A stretch of DNA of 64,000 nt from a virus (taxonomy: Duplodnaviria; Caudoviricetes), in the IMG/VR virus record IMGVR_UViG_3300028591_000158, positions 21,044-85,043 of that record; one strand, given 5' to 3'. Of the stretch, positions 62,867-64,000 are shown one piece after another (within the stretch, counting starts at the first letter, position 1; every line of letters starts with the position of its first letter). The position numbers and the translations under genes are program-made. The notes beneath the pieces were generated by a model. That model ran no database searches. It had not been told where the DNA came from and saw only the letters and a program-made list of their open reading frames with translations.

Positions 62867-63895
62867 ATGAAATTTTATAATGCTCTACTTGATGATTTTT
62901 ATCAAACAGCTGATTTAGATGAAGATATTGAAAAACATTCAGAGCTAAACCAAAAGCTATTTGATGGTAAGAAATTAAAGCCAGAAGTCATTGAAAAAAT
63001 TAATCAAATTGTTGATTTATTTTTAGCTGACTTAAAAGAAGACGGAATTAAACTTGATCTTGAAGATATTATATTAGTAGGCTCAAATGTAAGCTATAAC
63101 TATACTAAAGATTCAGATTTAGATATTCATATAGTAGCTAATATATCAAACTTACATTGTCCTGATAATTTATATCCACTTTTATATGGTGCTTACAAAT
63201 CATTGTTTAACAAAAAATTAGATATAGACTTTTATGGAATACCTGTTGAAATATATGTAGAAACAGATAGAACACCACTAAGAAGTAATGGTATATATTC
63301 AGTTAAAGATAATAACTGGATAAAATTTCCAAAACAAGAAGATATTCCTGATATAGACGAAGCAGAGATTGAAAAATTATTAGAGCCTTTTGAAGAAAGA
63401 TATAATAAAATTATTAAAAACCCATCTATAGACGCAATAAATAAATGAATAACAGATATTTATGATTTAAGACAAAAAGGCATGGCTAATGAAGGAGAAT
63501 ATAGTACTGAAAACCTTGCTTTTAAAGAGGCAAGAAATAAGGGCTATCTTGATGAATTAAAAGATTTAAAAAATAAAGAGCTATCTAAAGAACTATCATT
63601 AGAATCTTTTAATACTATTGATGAGCAAGTAACTGGAAAAGACTTGAATAATTACAGAATTAAGCTTCAGCAACTTACTGGTCATTATGGTTTAGTATTT
63701 AATAATGGTAATTTTACAATAAATAATGTTAGTAAAGCTGATGCTGATTACATAGTTGGAAGATTATCTAGAGAAAAATTTGTGATAGAATGTCATAAAG
63801 TACCATCTGGTAAATGAGATTTTAATCATATTGATCCTCTTACACACCTACCTAAACAATATTATACTGTTAGTGGCAAATTAGATATAAATTAA
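62867..63895 (+). CDS. Pol-beta-superfamily nucleotidyltransferase
   Basis: VGSNVSYNY..DSDLDIHIV, PVEIYV, GIYS, GEYS.ENLAFK. Reads through 2 TGA to TAA 63893-63895. Confidence 0.85.
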
Positions 63896-63901
63896 TGATT
63901 T

Positions 63902-63932
63902 AAAAACTAGTATTAAAGTACTAGTTTTTTTC
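63902..63932 (+). terminator. Rho-independent terminator
   Basis: AAAAACTAGTA/TACTAGTTTTT plus T-tract. Confidence 0.75.
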
Positions 63933-64000
63933 TTACTTTAATAATTATTTGCTAAATTATTCAGTAATCTACTTTTAATACAGGTTGGTGATAAGTATGC

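Noticed and set aside
1-64000. Minus-strand and alternate-frame ORFs in the supplied track (e.g. 166-477, 44932-45483, 58666-59076, 59025-59564)
   Set aside because: They overlap well-supported + strand genes, lack RBS and motifs, and mirror low-complexity or codon-biased sequence.
1-64000. TGA as Gly (code 25)
   Set aside because: Paralog and family motifs show Trp at TGA sites (REWWRPF, KKEWL, TGWCNY).

Overview
A 64 kb, very AT-rich segment of a large lytic dsDNA bacteriophage genome. Every credible gene is on the + strand. TGA is read as Trp (genetic code 4): many ORFs in the supplied code-11 track are fragments of longer genes that I rebuilt by reading through in-frame TGA. Layout: (1) 1-13.9 kb, modification island with 7 radical-SAM genes (one partial), 3 asparagine-synthetase-like ATP pyrophosphatases, a NodU/TobZ-type carbamoyltransferase and 2 glycosyltransferases. 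(2) 14-18.6 kb, accessory genes (NADAR, metallophosphoesterase, PLOD-like glycosyltransferase) and a structured ncRNA candidate. (3) 18.7-22.3 kb, membrane, holin-like and virion-like genes. (4) 22.3-26.8 kb, nucleotide metabolism (DHFR, thymidylate-synthase homolog with an Asn-to-Asp specificity change, two all-alpha NTP pyrophosphatases, dUTPase). (5) 26.8-53 kb, replication and recombination (loader, DnaB, DnaG, SSB, split family-A polymerase, beta clamp, full DnaX/HolB/HolA clamp loader, RecU, RecA, Mre11/Rad50, topoisomerase IA), two homing endonucleases, ribosomal protein bS21 and pseudo-enzymes. (6) 54-64 kb, probable late or virion-internal genes (MoxR-like AAA+, HExxH protein, vWA protein, nucleotidyltransferase). 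The most striking signals are two apparent programmed recoding sites at catalytic motifs of replication enzymes. Topoisomerase IA has a prfB-like GGAG-3nt-CCC-TAA +1 frameshift. Polymerase motif A has an in-frame TAG in the loop of a perfect 7-bp hairpin, compatible with a 9-nt ribosomal hop. All protein family calls come from motif recognition by eye; no database search was run.
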